A program made the position numbers and the translations under genes. A DNA stretch of 35,540 nucleotides, the filler included, from an uncultured bacterium (lineage in GTDB: Bacteria; CAYJRR01), in the NCBI GenBank assembly GCA_964372275.1. It is 11 parts of 11 records of this genome, joined end to end, with 100 filler letters (N's around TTAATTAATTAA, not from the genome) between each part and the next. Parts side by side here need not be neighbours in the genome. Positions count along the whole stretch, not along the records: positions 1 to 3,677 come from CAYJRR010000212.1; positions 3,778 to 7,215 come from CAYJRR010000213.1; positions 7,316 to 10,626 come from CAYJRR010000214.1; 8 more parts are not named here. One strand, 5' to 3'. Positions 1-8,429 of the stretch are shown here, one piece after another (the first letter of the stretch is position 1; each line of letters begins with the position of its first letter). The notes under the pieces were generated by a model. The model was not told the origin of the DNA. It did not search any database and worked only from the letters and a program-made list of their open reading frames with translations.

Positions 1-260
1 CTCGTTCGTCGTCACGCCGAGCAACGCCGGTCTGTTCAACGTCGCCCCGGCGATCGACGCCAGCGGAACGCTCACCTTCACACCGTCGGCGTCGACCGGG
101 ATGGCGGTCGTTACGGTGCGCGCCCAGGACGACGGCGGAACCGCCAACGGCGGGCAGAACACGAGCGCGGCCCAGACCTTCACCATCTCCGTCACGGCGC
201 CGGCGATCGCCGAAACGGATGCGGAGCGGACGATCGATATCGCCGACGGCTCGGACTGGC
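1..260 (+). repeat. Inverted repeat arm matching the reverse complement of about 3418-3677
   Basis: Manual alignment gives about 18 mismatches in the first 210 nt; position 1 aligns with 3677. Confidence 0.95.
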
Positions 261-877
261 GGCATCCGCTCTGGATCGGCACCGGTGCGCGCCGAGGCCT
301 CGCGAAACCGATGGGTGGCCATCACGGAACCGCCGCTCCGATGGAGGAGAGAGATCCGAACGTCGCGTGGAACGCGTTCGACCGGCTCACGGCAGTGGAG
401 CCTGCTGGCGGAACCGTCGTGCGGACCGGTCGGCCGACGTTCGTCATCGCCGGCGCTGCCGGTGGACGGATACGCATCGAGTTCCTCGTTCGTGCGACGT
501 CCTTCGACGGGGCCGACGTCGCGACCGGCGTCGTCGAGGGGAACGGTGACGACGTCGTCACCTTCACGCTCGACGACCTTTCACTTGCGGATGGCGAGTA
601 CGAATGGATGGTCCGCGAGCTGCCGGACACGACATCCCCGGGCGAAAACGAGCCCGGACGCTGGTGCGATCCCGCGATCTTCGGGGTCGGTCCGACCGAC
701 GACGCCGGATACGGTTGTCGCGTCGGCGACAGAGCGACGCGGCCTCGACTCCCGGGCCTGCTCGGTCTTGCGCTGGTGCTGGCGACGGTGCTGCTACGGC
801 GTCGTCGCGCTGGAAGCCGCGTTCACCGATCCTCCGTCACGCCGAGGCCGGACCTCGCGCCAGGCCGCGCCCGATGA
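2..877 (+). CDS. 3' fragment of a large surface protein/adhesin: cadherin/Ig-like repeat, Ig-like domain, MYXO-CTERM-like anchor
   Basis: Frame open from position 2 (SFVVTPSNAGLFNVAPAIDASGTLTFTP...DDGGTANGGQNTSAAQTFTISVT); ends GYGCRV, hydrophobic LLGLALVLATVLL, then RRRR. Confidence 0.8.
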   Translation, partial: SFVVTPSNAGLFNVAPAIDASGTLTFTPSASTGMAVVTVRAQDDGGTANGGQNTSAAQTFTISVTAPAIAETDAERTIDIADGSDWRHPLWIGTGARRGLAKPMGGHHGTAAPMEERDPNVAWNAFDRLTAVEPAGGTVVRTGRPTFVIAGAAGGRIRIEFLVRATSFDGADVATGVVEGNGDDVVTFTLDDLSLADGEYEWMVRELPDTTSPGENEPGRWCDPAIFGVGPTDDAGYGCRVGDRATRPRLPGLLGLALVLATVLLRRRRAGSRVHRSSVTPRPDLAPGRAR

Positions 878-2039
878 CCAGGCGCTGGACCTCGCTGGCC
901 CCTTCGTAGATTCGAAGCATCCGAACCTCACGATAGAGCCGCTCCACGACGTTGCCCCTCACCACGCCGAGGCCCCCGTGGAGCTGCACGGCGGCGTCGA
1001 CGATCCGCTGTGCCGCCTCGGTGGCGAACAGCTTGGCTTCGGCGGCTTCGCGGGTGATCCGTTCCTGGCCCTGGTCCTTTGCCCAGGCGGCTCGAAGGAC
1101 GATGAGTCGCGCGGCATCGAGTTGCGTCGCCATCTCCGCGAGCATCGCCTGGACGCCCGGCTCCTCGGCGAGCGGTCTTCCGAACTGGATCCGTCCACGC
1201 GTGCGCTCGATCGCCTCCGCCAGCGCCCGGCGCCCGAATCCATTCGCGGCCGCCCCGACCGTGGCGCGGCAGACGTCCAGCGTCGTGAGCGCGATCTTCA
1301 GACCCTCACCTTCGCGGCCGAGTAGATGCGCCGCTGGGACGCGATACCCGTCGAACCGGATCGATCCCAGCGGGTGGGGCGCGAGGAGTGGCGTCGGTTC
1401 GGTCTTCATCGAGCCGCGCCCGCCGGGCTCGACGAAAAAGGCGCTCAGGCCTTTCGCGCCGTCGTCGCTCGTCCGCGCGAAGACGACGTAGGCGTCGGCC
1501 AGGCCCGCATTCGAGATGAAGACCTTCGTCCCGTCGAGAATCCAGTCGTTCCCGTCGCGGCGGGCGCGCGTGGAGATTGCCGCCGCATCCGAGCCGGCGC
1601 CCGGTTCGGTCATGGCGAAGGCCGCGATGCGACGACCCTCGGCAATCGCCGGAAGGACGGACGAGCGCAACGATTCCGGCGCCGCGAGCACGAGCGGGTA
1701 GGAGCCCAACGCCTGCAAGGCGACCATGGCGTCGGCGATCCCGGAGGCGCGCGCGACCTCCTCCCGCAAGACGCAGAGCGCCCGGGTGTCGAGGCGTTCG
1801 GGGGTTCCGTGCGGCCGTCCGGACCAGCGTGGCGGGACGCACCATCGAAGGAGGTCCTCCTCGGCCAGGATCCGCACGGCCTCGCGACCGGCGGCTTCGG
1901 CATCGCGGTCTCCGGCGGCGTCGAGCGGGTCGAGGCGATCGGCGATCCGGGAGGCCCGCGCGGCGAGATCTCCGTGGGAGGGCTCGAAAAAGAACGGATA
2001 GTCGACGGTGGAAGGGCGGGTTCCGTGGTCTGGGAGCAT
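837..2039 (-). CDS. Acyl-CoA dehydrogenase family protein
   Basis: AFAMTEPGAGSD, WILDGTKVFISNA, RIQFGRPLA, AVQLHGGLG, RIYEGASEVQRLVI motifs. Confidence 0.93.
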   Translation of the reverse strand: MLPDHGTRPSTVDYPFFFEPSHGDLAARASRIADRLDPLDAAGDRDAEAAGREAVRILAEEDLLRWCVPPRWSGRPHGTPERLDTRALCVLREEVARASGIADAMVALQALGSYPLVLAAPESLRSSVLPAIAEGRRIAAFAMTEPGAGSDAAAISTRARRDGNDWILDGTKVFISNAGLADAYVVFARTSDDGAKGLSAFFVEPGGRGSMKTEPTPLLAPHPLGSIRFDGYRVPAAHLLGREGEGLKIALTTLDVCRATVGAAANGFGRRALAEAIERTRGRIQFGRPLAEEPGVQAMLAEMATQLDAARLIVLRAAWAKDQGQERITREAAEAKLFATEAAQRIVDAAVQLHGGLGVVRGNVVERLYREVRMLRIYEGASEVQRLVIGRGLARGPASA

Positions 2040-2845
2040 CAGCAGCCCTCGAATCGCGGCGTACGCTTCGCCAGGATCGCCTGGTAGGCCTCCTGGAAAT
2101 CGCGCGTGCCCATGAGTTGCGCCTGAACCACCGCCTCAGCTTCGATCGACGCCGACAGGTCCATGTCGGCCTCCCGCTGCAGCATCTCCTTCGTCATCGC
2201 GTGCGCCAGACTCGGGCCGGTCGCGAACCATTTCGCCCATTCGAACGCCTCGAGCGCGACGTGGTCGGATGGAAGCAGGCGGTTCACCAGTCCGATCTCC
2301 AAGGCGCGTGCGGCCGGAACCGGTTCGCCACCGAACAGGATCTCCGCCGCGCGGCCCAGCCCCACAATGCGCGGCAGGAGGTAGGCGGCCCCCATGTCCG
2401 CGCCGGAGAGACCGACACGCGGGAAGAGGAATGTGATCTCCGCGTCGTCCGCCATCATCCGCAAGTCGCAGGCGAGCGCGATCACGGCCCCCGCGCCGGC
2501 GGCGACGCCGTTGATCCCGGCGACGACCGGTTTCCGACAGCGACGAATGTTCTCGACGACGGCGCCGGTCATTCTCGTGAATTCGAGGAGCTCCTTGGAG
2601 TCCATCGACACGAGCTTCCCGATGATGTCGCGGACGTCGCCGCCGGAACAGAAACCCCGACCTTGGCCCGTGATCATCACCGCCTTCACGGAGTCGTGCG
2701 TGCGAAGCGCGGCGAAGAGGTCGCGAAGCTCGGCGTAGATCTCGAAGGTCAGCGCGTTGAGCCGCTCGGGACGCGTGAGCGTGATGGCGGCGACGCCGTC
2801 GGTCTCCAGGTAGCGAAATGTGCGCGGAGCGAGGGGGTTGGCCAT
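2039..2845 (-). CDS. Enoyl-CoA hydratase/isomerase (crotonase) family protein, resembling those of 2-aminobenzoyl-CoA/salicylyl-CoA clusters
   Basis: RPERLNALTFEIYAELRD, FCSGGDV, FPRVGLSGADMGAAYLLPRIVG; stop overlaps the dehydrogenase start. Confidence 0.92.
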   Translation of the reverse strand: MANPLAPRTFRYLETDGVAAITLTRPERLNALTFEIYAELRDLFAALRTHDSVKAVMITGQGRGFCSGGDVRDIIGKLVSMDSKELLEFTRMTGAVVENIRRCRKPVVAGINGVAAGAGAVIALACDLRMMADDAEITFLFPRVGLSGADMGAAYLLPRIVGLGRAAEILFGGEPVPAARALEIGLVNRLLPSDHVALEAFEWAKWFATGPSLAHAMTKEMLQREADMDLSASIEAEAVVQAQLMGTRDFQEAYQAILAKRTPRFEGC

Positions 2846-2857
2846 GCCCCCGAGATA

Positions 2858-3677
2858 TCAGCGGTTCGTCGTCGGTGGAAGCCGGAATCCGACGAGCGCG
2901 AACAGGATCCAGACGGCCAGGGTCCACCATCCCCGTGAAACCGGCGCAGCCGCTCGGACCGTGTCCACGCGGCAGCCGTATCCCGCTACCGACGTATCGA
3001 CGCGGAACTCGGCGGGCTCGGACCAGGGACCGGGTTCCCGGTCGATCGTGTTTTCTCGCGCCGTCCAGAGGTAGTCACCGTCGGCGAGAGACAGGCCCTC
3101 GAGAACGAACGTGACGTCGTCGGCGCCGTTCCCGTCGACGAACCCGGCCGCCACTTCGTTTCCGACTGCGTCCACGCGTCCGTCGACGGTGGCCATCGAT
3201 ACGAGGAACTCGAAGCGCCGCCAGCCGCCTTGAGCGCTGGCGACCCGGAAGATCGGCGTTCCGGTTCGCAGGACGGCGCCATCGGCCGGATCGGCGAGGT
3301 GGGGAACGATCGGAATCGAGTCCTCGGAACGGAGCCCGGTCGGCGAATACGTTCCGGGGGTGGGAGCGGCCGTTTCGGGTCCCTTCGCCGTTGCGGCGCC
3401 GAGCCAGACCGGCATTGCCCAGTCCGCGCGATCGGCGATGTCGATCGATCGGTCCGAGTCCGCTTCGGCGGTCGCCGGCGCGGTGACGGAGATGGTGAAG
3501 GTCTGGGCGGCGCTGGTATTCACGCCACCGTTGGCGGTGCCGCCGTCGTCCTGGGCGCGCACGGTGACGACCGCCATCCCGGTCGACGCCGACGGGGTGA
3601 AGGAGAGCGTTCCGCTGGCGTCGATCGCCGGGGCGACGTCGAACAGTCCGGCGTTGCTCGGCGTGATGACGAACGAA
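2858..3677 (-). CDS. 3' fragment of a second paralogous surface protein/adhesin with MYXO-CTERM-like anchor
   Basis: Same Ig repeat as 2-877; Ig-like PADGAVLRTGTPIF...LADGDYLWTARE...GPWSEPAEF; AGYGCRV followed by a TM segment WWTLAVWILFALVGF. Confidence 0.8.
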
Positions 3678-3777
3678 NNNNNNNNNNNNNNNNNNNNNNN
3701 NNNNNNNNNNNNNNNNNNNNNTTAATTAATTAANNNNNNNNNNNNNNNNNNNNNNNNNNNNNNNNNNNNNNNNNNNN
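3678..3777. other. Artificial contig-joining spacer (44 N + TTAATTAATTAA + 44 N); same spacer at 7216-7315, 10627-10726, 14011-14110, 17279-17378, 20483-20582, 23677-23776, 26837-26936, 29822-29921, 32773-32872
   Basis: Identical 100-nt structure with six-frame stops; flanking genes are cut mid-CDS; contig lengths decrease in order. Confidence 0.98.
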
Positions 3778-3821
3778 CGATCGAAGAGGCGGTCGAGCGG
3801 GCCAAGAAGATGGCGGCCTGA
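3778..3821 (+). CDS. atpD: F0F1 ATP synthase beta subunit, C-terminal fragment
   Basis: IEEAVERAKKMAA* directly upstream of atpC. Confidence 0.8.
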
Positions 3822-3849
3822 TCGGGAACCCGGCGAGGAGGAGGCGACC

Positions 3850-4320
3850 GTGAGCGCAAACGCCAACGCAGTGGAGACCGCGACCCCGGGAAGCGCGGCG
3901 ATCGTCTGCGCGACCGGAGCGCTGAAGCTCACCATCGTCACGCCGATCGGCAAGGCGCTCGAGACGCGCGCCGATGCGGTCGCGGCGCCGGGGGTGTGGG
4001 GAGAGTTCGAAGTGCTGCCCGGTCACACGCCGCTCTTCACCCAGCTCGCCGAAGGGGAGGTCTCCTACGTCACCGCCGAGGGGACGGGGCACTTCGCCGT
4101 CACCGGCGGCTTCGCCGAGGTCGGCCCCGAGCACGTCTCGATCCTCGCCGAAGGGGCGCAGGAGGCGGGCGAGATCGACCTGGCGCGCACCATCGCCGAG
4201 AAGGAGAAGTACGAGCGCCTTCTGATGGAAATCGGTCCGATCGACCCGCGCTACGACGAGACCCGCAAGGCGATCAAGGACCTGGTCGCCTTGATGACCG
4301 TCGCCCAACGCAAGAAGTAG
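3850..4320 (+). CDS. atpC: F0F1 ATP synthase epsilon subunit
   Basis: LKLTIVTP, GEFEVLPGHTPL, FAVTGGFAEV, VSILAE; GAGGAGGAGG RBS upstream. Confidence 0.92.
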   Translation: MSANANAVETATPGSAAIVCATGALKLTIVTPIGKALETRADAVAAPGVWGEFEVLPGHTPLFTQLAEGEVSYVTAEGTGHFAVTGGFAEVGPEHVSILAEGAQEAGEIDLARTIAEKEKYERLLMEIGPIDPRYDETRKAIKDLVALMTVAQRKK

Positions 4321-4391
4321 CGCGCGGAACAAGAAATGCGGACGGTGGTTGGTTTGACCGGCCGCTCGCCCGCGTGGGACGATCCCCCTCC

Positions 4392-6704
4392 GTGGACTCG
4401 ACCTCCGTCGGCCACGGCGCGCGAAACGCCGGACGCCAGGGAATCGCCGCGCTCGGTGCGTTGGTCGTCGCCCTCTTCTCCGCCTGCCGACCCGGCGCGC
4501 CGCCGCCGATCAGCGACGAAGAGCTGGAGGCGAACCTCGACGTGCAGCCGATGTCGGCCTCCGGCGCCGGGTCCGCCGCCGGTACGACCGGCGAGGCGGC
4601 GCCGGCCGCGTCCGTGTCTCCCACCCCGGAGCCGACCCCCGAGTGGCTGTTCCTGGAGACCGGGGACCTGTCGACCCTCCGGTCACGCGGCGTTCTCCGT
4701 ATCCTCATGCCGCGCCAGGGGGATGCCGGTTACCTTCCACGCAACGGATTCCCGCTCGACGAAGAGCGCGAGATCGCGGACGACTTCGCGCGCGAGAACG
4801 GGCTCGAACCGGTCTGGGTCTACGTCGACAACCACGACGAGCTCGTTCCCTGGCTGCTCGAAGGGAAGGGGGACCTGATCGCGGCGAACCTGACCCAGAC
4901 CGAAGCTCGCAAGAAGCGGATCTCCTTCACCGTCCCCTTGAGCCACGTGCGGGAGCAACTCGTCACGCGTGCGGAGGAGACGGCGCTCAAGAAGCCCGCC
5001 CAACTCGGCATGCGGCGGGTCGCCCTGCGCCGGTCGTCTTCGTTCTGGGAGACGATGACGCAGCTCAAGAAGAAGGTCCCCTCGATGATCCTCGAGGAGG
5101 TTCCGGAATCGGTCGACACCGAGGAGATCCTCGACGGCGTGGCCTCGGGTACCTACGACCTGACGGTCGCCGACAGCAACCTGCTCACGGCGGTCTTCGG
5201 GTATCGCGACGACCTCCGGGTGGCGTTCGACGTGAGCGGCGACCGTGTCATCGCCTGGGGCGTGCGTCCCGGAGCGAAGGCGCTCAAGGGCGCGCTCGAT
5301 CGATTCCTCAACCACGAGAAGCTGGTCGATCGGAAGCCGGCGGTGTACGCGGAAGACCTTCCCGGCCTCAAGAAGCGAAAGACGCTGCGGATGTTGACCC
5401 GCAACAGCTCCGCCAGCTACTTCCTTTGGCGAGGCGAGGTCCTGGGGTTCGAGTACGAACTGGCGCGAAACTTCGCCAAGGCGCAGGGCCTGAGGCTGGA
5501 GGTCGTCGTACCTCCCAATCGCGAGGACCTTCTCAACTGGCTCGACGAAGGGAAGGGGGACTTCGTCGCCGCCTCGATGACGCGCACGCCGGAGCGCGAG
5601 GCGGCGTTCGGCGTGTCGCGTCCCTACAACCAGGTCTCGGAGGTCGTCGTCGCCCGCGCGTCCGAGAAGAAGGTCAAGAAGGAGAAGGACCTCGCGGGCC
5701 GCACCTTCGTCGTGCGCCGCAGCAGCTCCTATTGGGGGACCCTCGAACGCCTCAAGGCTTCAGGGGTCGAGATCACCCTGCAAGCGGCCCCGGAGGAGAT
5801 GGAGACGGAGGAGATCATCGCCAAGGTCGCTTCTGGCGAATACGACCTGACGCTCGCCGACAGCCCGATCCTCGACATCGAACGCACCTGGCGGGACGAC
5901 GTCGTCGCCGCCTTCCCGATCGGCGAGCCGGTGTCGTACGGCTGGTTGACCCGCAAGAAGGACGCGAAGCTCGTGGCGGCGATCGACGCCTACTTCAAGG
6001 AGGAGGTCCGCGGCACCGCCTACAACCTGGCCTACCGGCGCTACTTCAAGGATTCGCGGCGGATCCGCACCCGCGTCGAGGACCGCGTGGAGAAGGCCGG
6101 GGAGCTCTCCCCGTACGACGACCTGATCCGCCGCTATGCGCTGCAGTACGGCTTCGACTGGCGCCTGATCGCTTCGCAGATGTACCAGGAGAGCCGCTTC
6201 AACCCGGACGCGCGCTCGTGGGTGGGGGCGATCGGCCTGATGCAGGTGATGCCGCGGACGGCGCTGGAGATGGGGTTCAAGGACGTGCGACCGCCGGAGG
6301 CCGGGATCCACGCCGGGATCAAGTATTTGGCGTGGGTTCGCGACCGCCACGAGTCGGACCTGTCGGTGAAGGACCGGACGTGGTTCTCGCTCGCCGCCTA
6401 CAACGCCGGCCTCGGGCACGTGATCGACGCGCGCGCGTTGGCCAAGAAGCGGAAGCTCGATCCGAACCGGTGGTTCGGGAACGTCGAACAGGCGATGCTA
6501 CTGCTCGAAAAGCCGTACTTCGCGCGGCGCGCGCGCTTCGGCTACTGCCGCGGCCAGGAGCCGGTCGACTACGTGCGAAAGATCCGCGACCGCTACGAGG
6601 CCTACCTCCGCGCCGCCCCGCCCGACCGCCTCGCCCGCCGCACCGAGACCGCCCCGGCGCCGCCACCGACCACGGCGCCGCCCGGCCCGGTTGGCGCTCG
6701 CTAG
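4392..6704 (+). CDS. mltF: MltF-like lytic transglycosylase lipoprotein: two periplasmic-binding-protein domains plus SLT domain (start approximate)
   Basis: Lipobox-like LFSAC; two copies of G.LR.L...GKGD.(I/V)AA..T.T..R; SLT motifs YQESRFNP, GAIGLMQVMP, AAYNAGLGHV. Confidence 0.85.
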   Translation: MDSTSVGHGARNAGRQGIAALGALVVALFSACRPGAPPPISDEELEANLDVQPMSASGAGSAAGTTGEAAPAASVSPTPEPTPEWLFLETGDLSTLRSRGVLRILMPRQGDAGYLPRNGFPLDEEREIADDFARENGLEPVWVYVDNHDELVPWLLEGKGDLIAANLTQTEARKKRISFTVPLSHVREQLVTRAEETALKKPAQLGMRRVALRRSSSFWETMTQLKKKVPSMILEEVPESVDTEEILDGVASGTYDLTVADSNLLTAVFGYRDDLRVAFDVSGDRVIAWGVRPGAKALKGALDRFLNHEKLVDRKPAVYAEDLPGLKKRKTLRMLTRNSSASYFLWRGEVLGFEYELARNFAKAQGLRLEVVVPPNREDLLNWLDEGKGDFVAASMTRTPEREAAFGVSRPYNQVSEVVVARASEKKVKKEKDLAGRTFVVRRSSSYWGTLERLKASGVEITLQAAPEEMETEEIIAKVASGEYDLTLADSPILDIERTWRDDVVAAFPIGEPVSYGWLTRKKDAKLVAAIDAYFKEEVRGTAYNLAYRRYFKDSRRIRTRVEDRVEKAGELSPYDDLIRRYALQYGFDWRLIASQMYQESRFNPDARSWVGAIGLMQVMPRTALEMGFKDVRPPEAGIHAGIKYLAWVRDRHESDLSVKDRTWFSLAAYNAGLGHVIDARALAKKRKLDPNRWFGNVEQAMLLLEKPYFARRARFGYCRGQEPVDYVRKIRDRYEAYLRAAPPDRLARRTETAPAPPPTTAPPGPVGAR

Positions 6705-6746
6705 AACTCCGTGTTACGAACGGACCGAGGGAGAGCGGGGGGCTGG

Positions 6747-7073
6747 ATGGACAAGCGGCAAGCGCGGCGGCACGAGCGGTTCACGGTGTCGTTGTGGGCG
6801 ATCGAGCGCACCGGGTCCTGGGTCTACTACCACCTGGTGACGAACCTCTCCCTCGGCGGCGCGTTCCTGCACAAGCACGATCCGATTCCGGTCGGCACGA
6901 AGTTGAACCTGGAGCTGGAGCTGCCGGGGAAGCGGTGGATCCGCGCGGCGGCCCGCGTCGTGCGCGAGCACCGCGAGAAGAACGTGAAGGGGAGCGGCGT
7001 GGAGCTCAAGGGCCTCCTGCCGGACGACGTGCTCCAGCTCCGCCAATTCCTCGGCGCCGCGCCGACGACCTAG
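6747..7073 (+). CDS. PilZ domain protein
   Basis: RRHER (RxxxR) and NLSLGG (D/NxSxxG) motifs; ARVVR...GVE. Confidence 0.85.
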   Translation: MDKRQARRHERFTVSLWAIERTGSWVYYHLVTNLSLGGAFLHKHDPIPVGTKLNLELELPGKRWIRAAARVVREHREKNVKGSGVELKGLLPDDVLQLRQFLGAAPTT

Positions 7074-7215
7074 ACGGGCAGAACTCCGTGCTTGCGCGGC
7101 GGGCGCTCGACCGACTTGTTGCGGGTCATCTCCAGTGCCTGGAACAGCACGCGCCGCGTCTCGCGCGGGTCGATGACGTCGTCGACCAGACCCCAGCCGG
7201 CGACCTTGTAGATGT
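7070..7215 (-). CDS. Acyl-CoA carboxylase beta (carboxyltransferase) subunit, C-terminal fragment
   Basis: Manual translation IYKVAGWGLVDDVIDPRETRRVLFQALEMTRNKSVERPPRKHGVLPV*. Confidence 0.85.
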
Positions 7216-7357
7216 NNNNNNNNNNNNNNNNNNNNNNNNNNNNNNNNNNNNNNNNNNNNTTAATTAATTAANNNNNNNNNNNNNNNNNNNNNNNNNNNNN
7301 NNNNNNNNNNNNNNNGAGCTTCAACCGTACGACCCCACGGATGCGAGGTCCGGCGCA

Positions 7358-7774
7358 TCACACTCCGGCGGCAGCACGCAGCACGGGGTAGTAGTTAAGT
7401 TGGTAATAACGCCGGCCTGTCACGCCGGAGGGCGCGGGTTCGAGTCCCGTCCTCCCCGCCAGATGCCCCCAGGAAAACCTGGGGGCGACGACCGCCGTCC
7501 CGACGACCAGCCCACCGACGGCCAAAGCCGGAGAGGCGGCGACCAGCACCACGGAGCTCGCGCCGATTCCGACGCCGAGAGCGCCGAGCATCAGCCCCTT
7601 CATGACGTTCTCGTGGAGCTCGACGGGCGAGGTTCCACCGACGTTCACCCGCGGTGGTAACGAGGTCTCCGGGACCGACGCCGACGCCGGCGTGGACAGC
7701 ACCGAGACCGCGCACGCGACGGCCAGCGATCCGCCGCGCGCCCACTTCGCCATCTTCGTCACGATTGCCGCCAT
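7358..7774 (-). CDS. Small secreted hydrophobic protein; probable paralog of 7807-8274; 3' end runs antisense through the tRNA and is probably not native
   Basis: GGAGG RBS, signal peptide ending ASA, Gly/Val-rich hydrophobic segment; last ~40 aa are the reverse translation of hairpin and tRNA. Confidence 0.55.
   Translation of the reverse strand: MAAIVTKMAKWARGGSLAVACAVSVLSTPASASVPETSLPPRVNVGGTSPVELHENVMKGLMLGALGVGIGASSVVLVAASPALAVGGLVVGTAVVAPRFSWGHLAGRTGLEPAPSGVTGRRYYQLNYYPVLRAAAGV
7385..7461 (+). tRNA. tRNA-Asp(GTC) with mismatched acceptor stem, possibly degenerate
   Basis: D arm GTTA/TAAC, anticodon arm CCGGC-CTGTCAC-GCCGG, T arm GCGGG-TTCGAGT-CCCGT, G discriminator, CCA; acceptor GGGGTAG/CCTCCCC has two mispairs. 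Confidence 0.88.
7465..7486 (+). terminator. Hairpin directly after the tRNA, lacking a U-tract
   Basis: GCCCCCAGG-AAAA-CCTGGGGGC, perfect 9-bp stem. Confidence 0.55.
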
Positions 7775-7806
7775 GGAAGCCTCCCGGTCGTCGAAGCGAA
7801 CTGCAA

Positions 7807-8274
7807 CTACCGCCGCATCCCCGCTCCAGTCGCGCCCGGCCTCGGTTGCGAGCGCCCGGGTTCACCCCCCGCCGCCGTCGTCGCCGCGCGGTCAACGTTG
7901 AGCCCCTCGTGCCGCCGCGCCTTCTCGCGGTGAAGTTTGAACAATTGCCAGTGCATCGCCACACTTCCAACGAACGTGACGGTGCCCAACACCGTGAAAA
8001 CCGCGAGCGCCGTGGTGGCGACGACCGGAACGCTCGCCCCCACGAAGAGGACGCCGGCGGCCACGACCGTGCCTCCCAGCGCGGGGCCGAGGATGCGCAT
8101 GTAGTCGCGACCGATCTCTTCCGTCCGTCCGCGGTGCCAGTTCTCGATGGCCTGCCGCGAAGGGGCCGGATCCGCGGCGGCGGCGACGGCCGGCGCAGAG
8201 GCGATCGCCACGGCGCAGACCAACGCCAACGAACCACGACGACCCAGCGCTCGTTTCGCAATGACTCCGGTCAT
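7807..8274 (-). CDS. Small secreted protein with hydrophobic hairpin, unknown function
   Basis: GAGGGGAGGA RBS, signal peptide ending AVAAA, two hydrophobic segments. Confidence 0.65.
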   Translation of the reverse strand: MTGVIAKRALGRRGSLALVCAVAIASAPAVAAAADPAPSRQAIENWHRGRTEEIGRDYMRILGPALGGTVVAAGVLFVGASVPVVATTALAVFTVLGTVTFVGSVAMHWQLFKLHREKARRHEGLNVDRAATTAAGGEPGRSQPRPGATGAGMRR

Positions 8275-8304
8275 GACGTCCTCCCCTCGTTGAGGAACCG
8301 GAAG

Positions 8305-8320
8305 TGCAACGCGGGGGCCA
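8305..8320 (-). promoter_or_regulatory. Putative sigma54 -24/-12 promoter
   Basis: TGGCCCCCGCGTTGCA versus consensus YGGCACGNNNNTTGCW; correct spacing; 30 nt upstream of ATG 8274. Confidence 0.6.
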
Positions 8321-8429
8321 TCGACGGCGGCGACCTAAACCTCCGCCGTTCCTGACTTTTGCGAGCGGCGCTACCGTGGACGGTGGCAACGAGACCTTTC
8401 GGTCAGCGAACCGCGGTGTCCCGAAAGGA

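Noticed and set aside
3996..4391. Apparent 902-aa ORF overlapping atpC
   Set aside because: The first ~130 aa are an Arg-rich off-frame reading of atpC; the real start is near the lipoprotein signal
7802..7817. TTGCA upstream of ORF 7774 as a sigma54 promoter
   Set aside because: No GG at the -24 position
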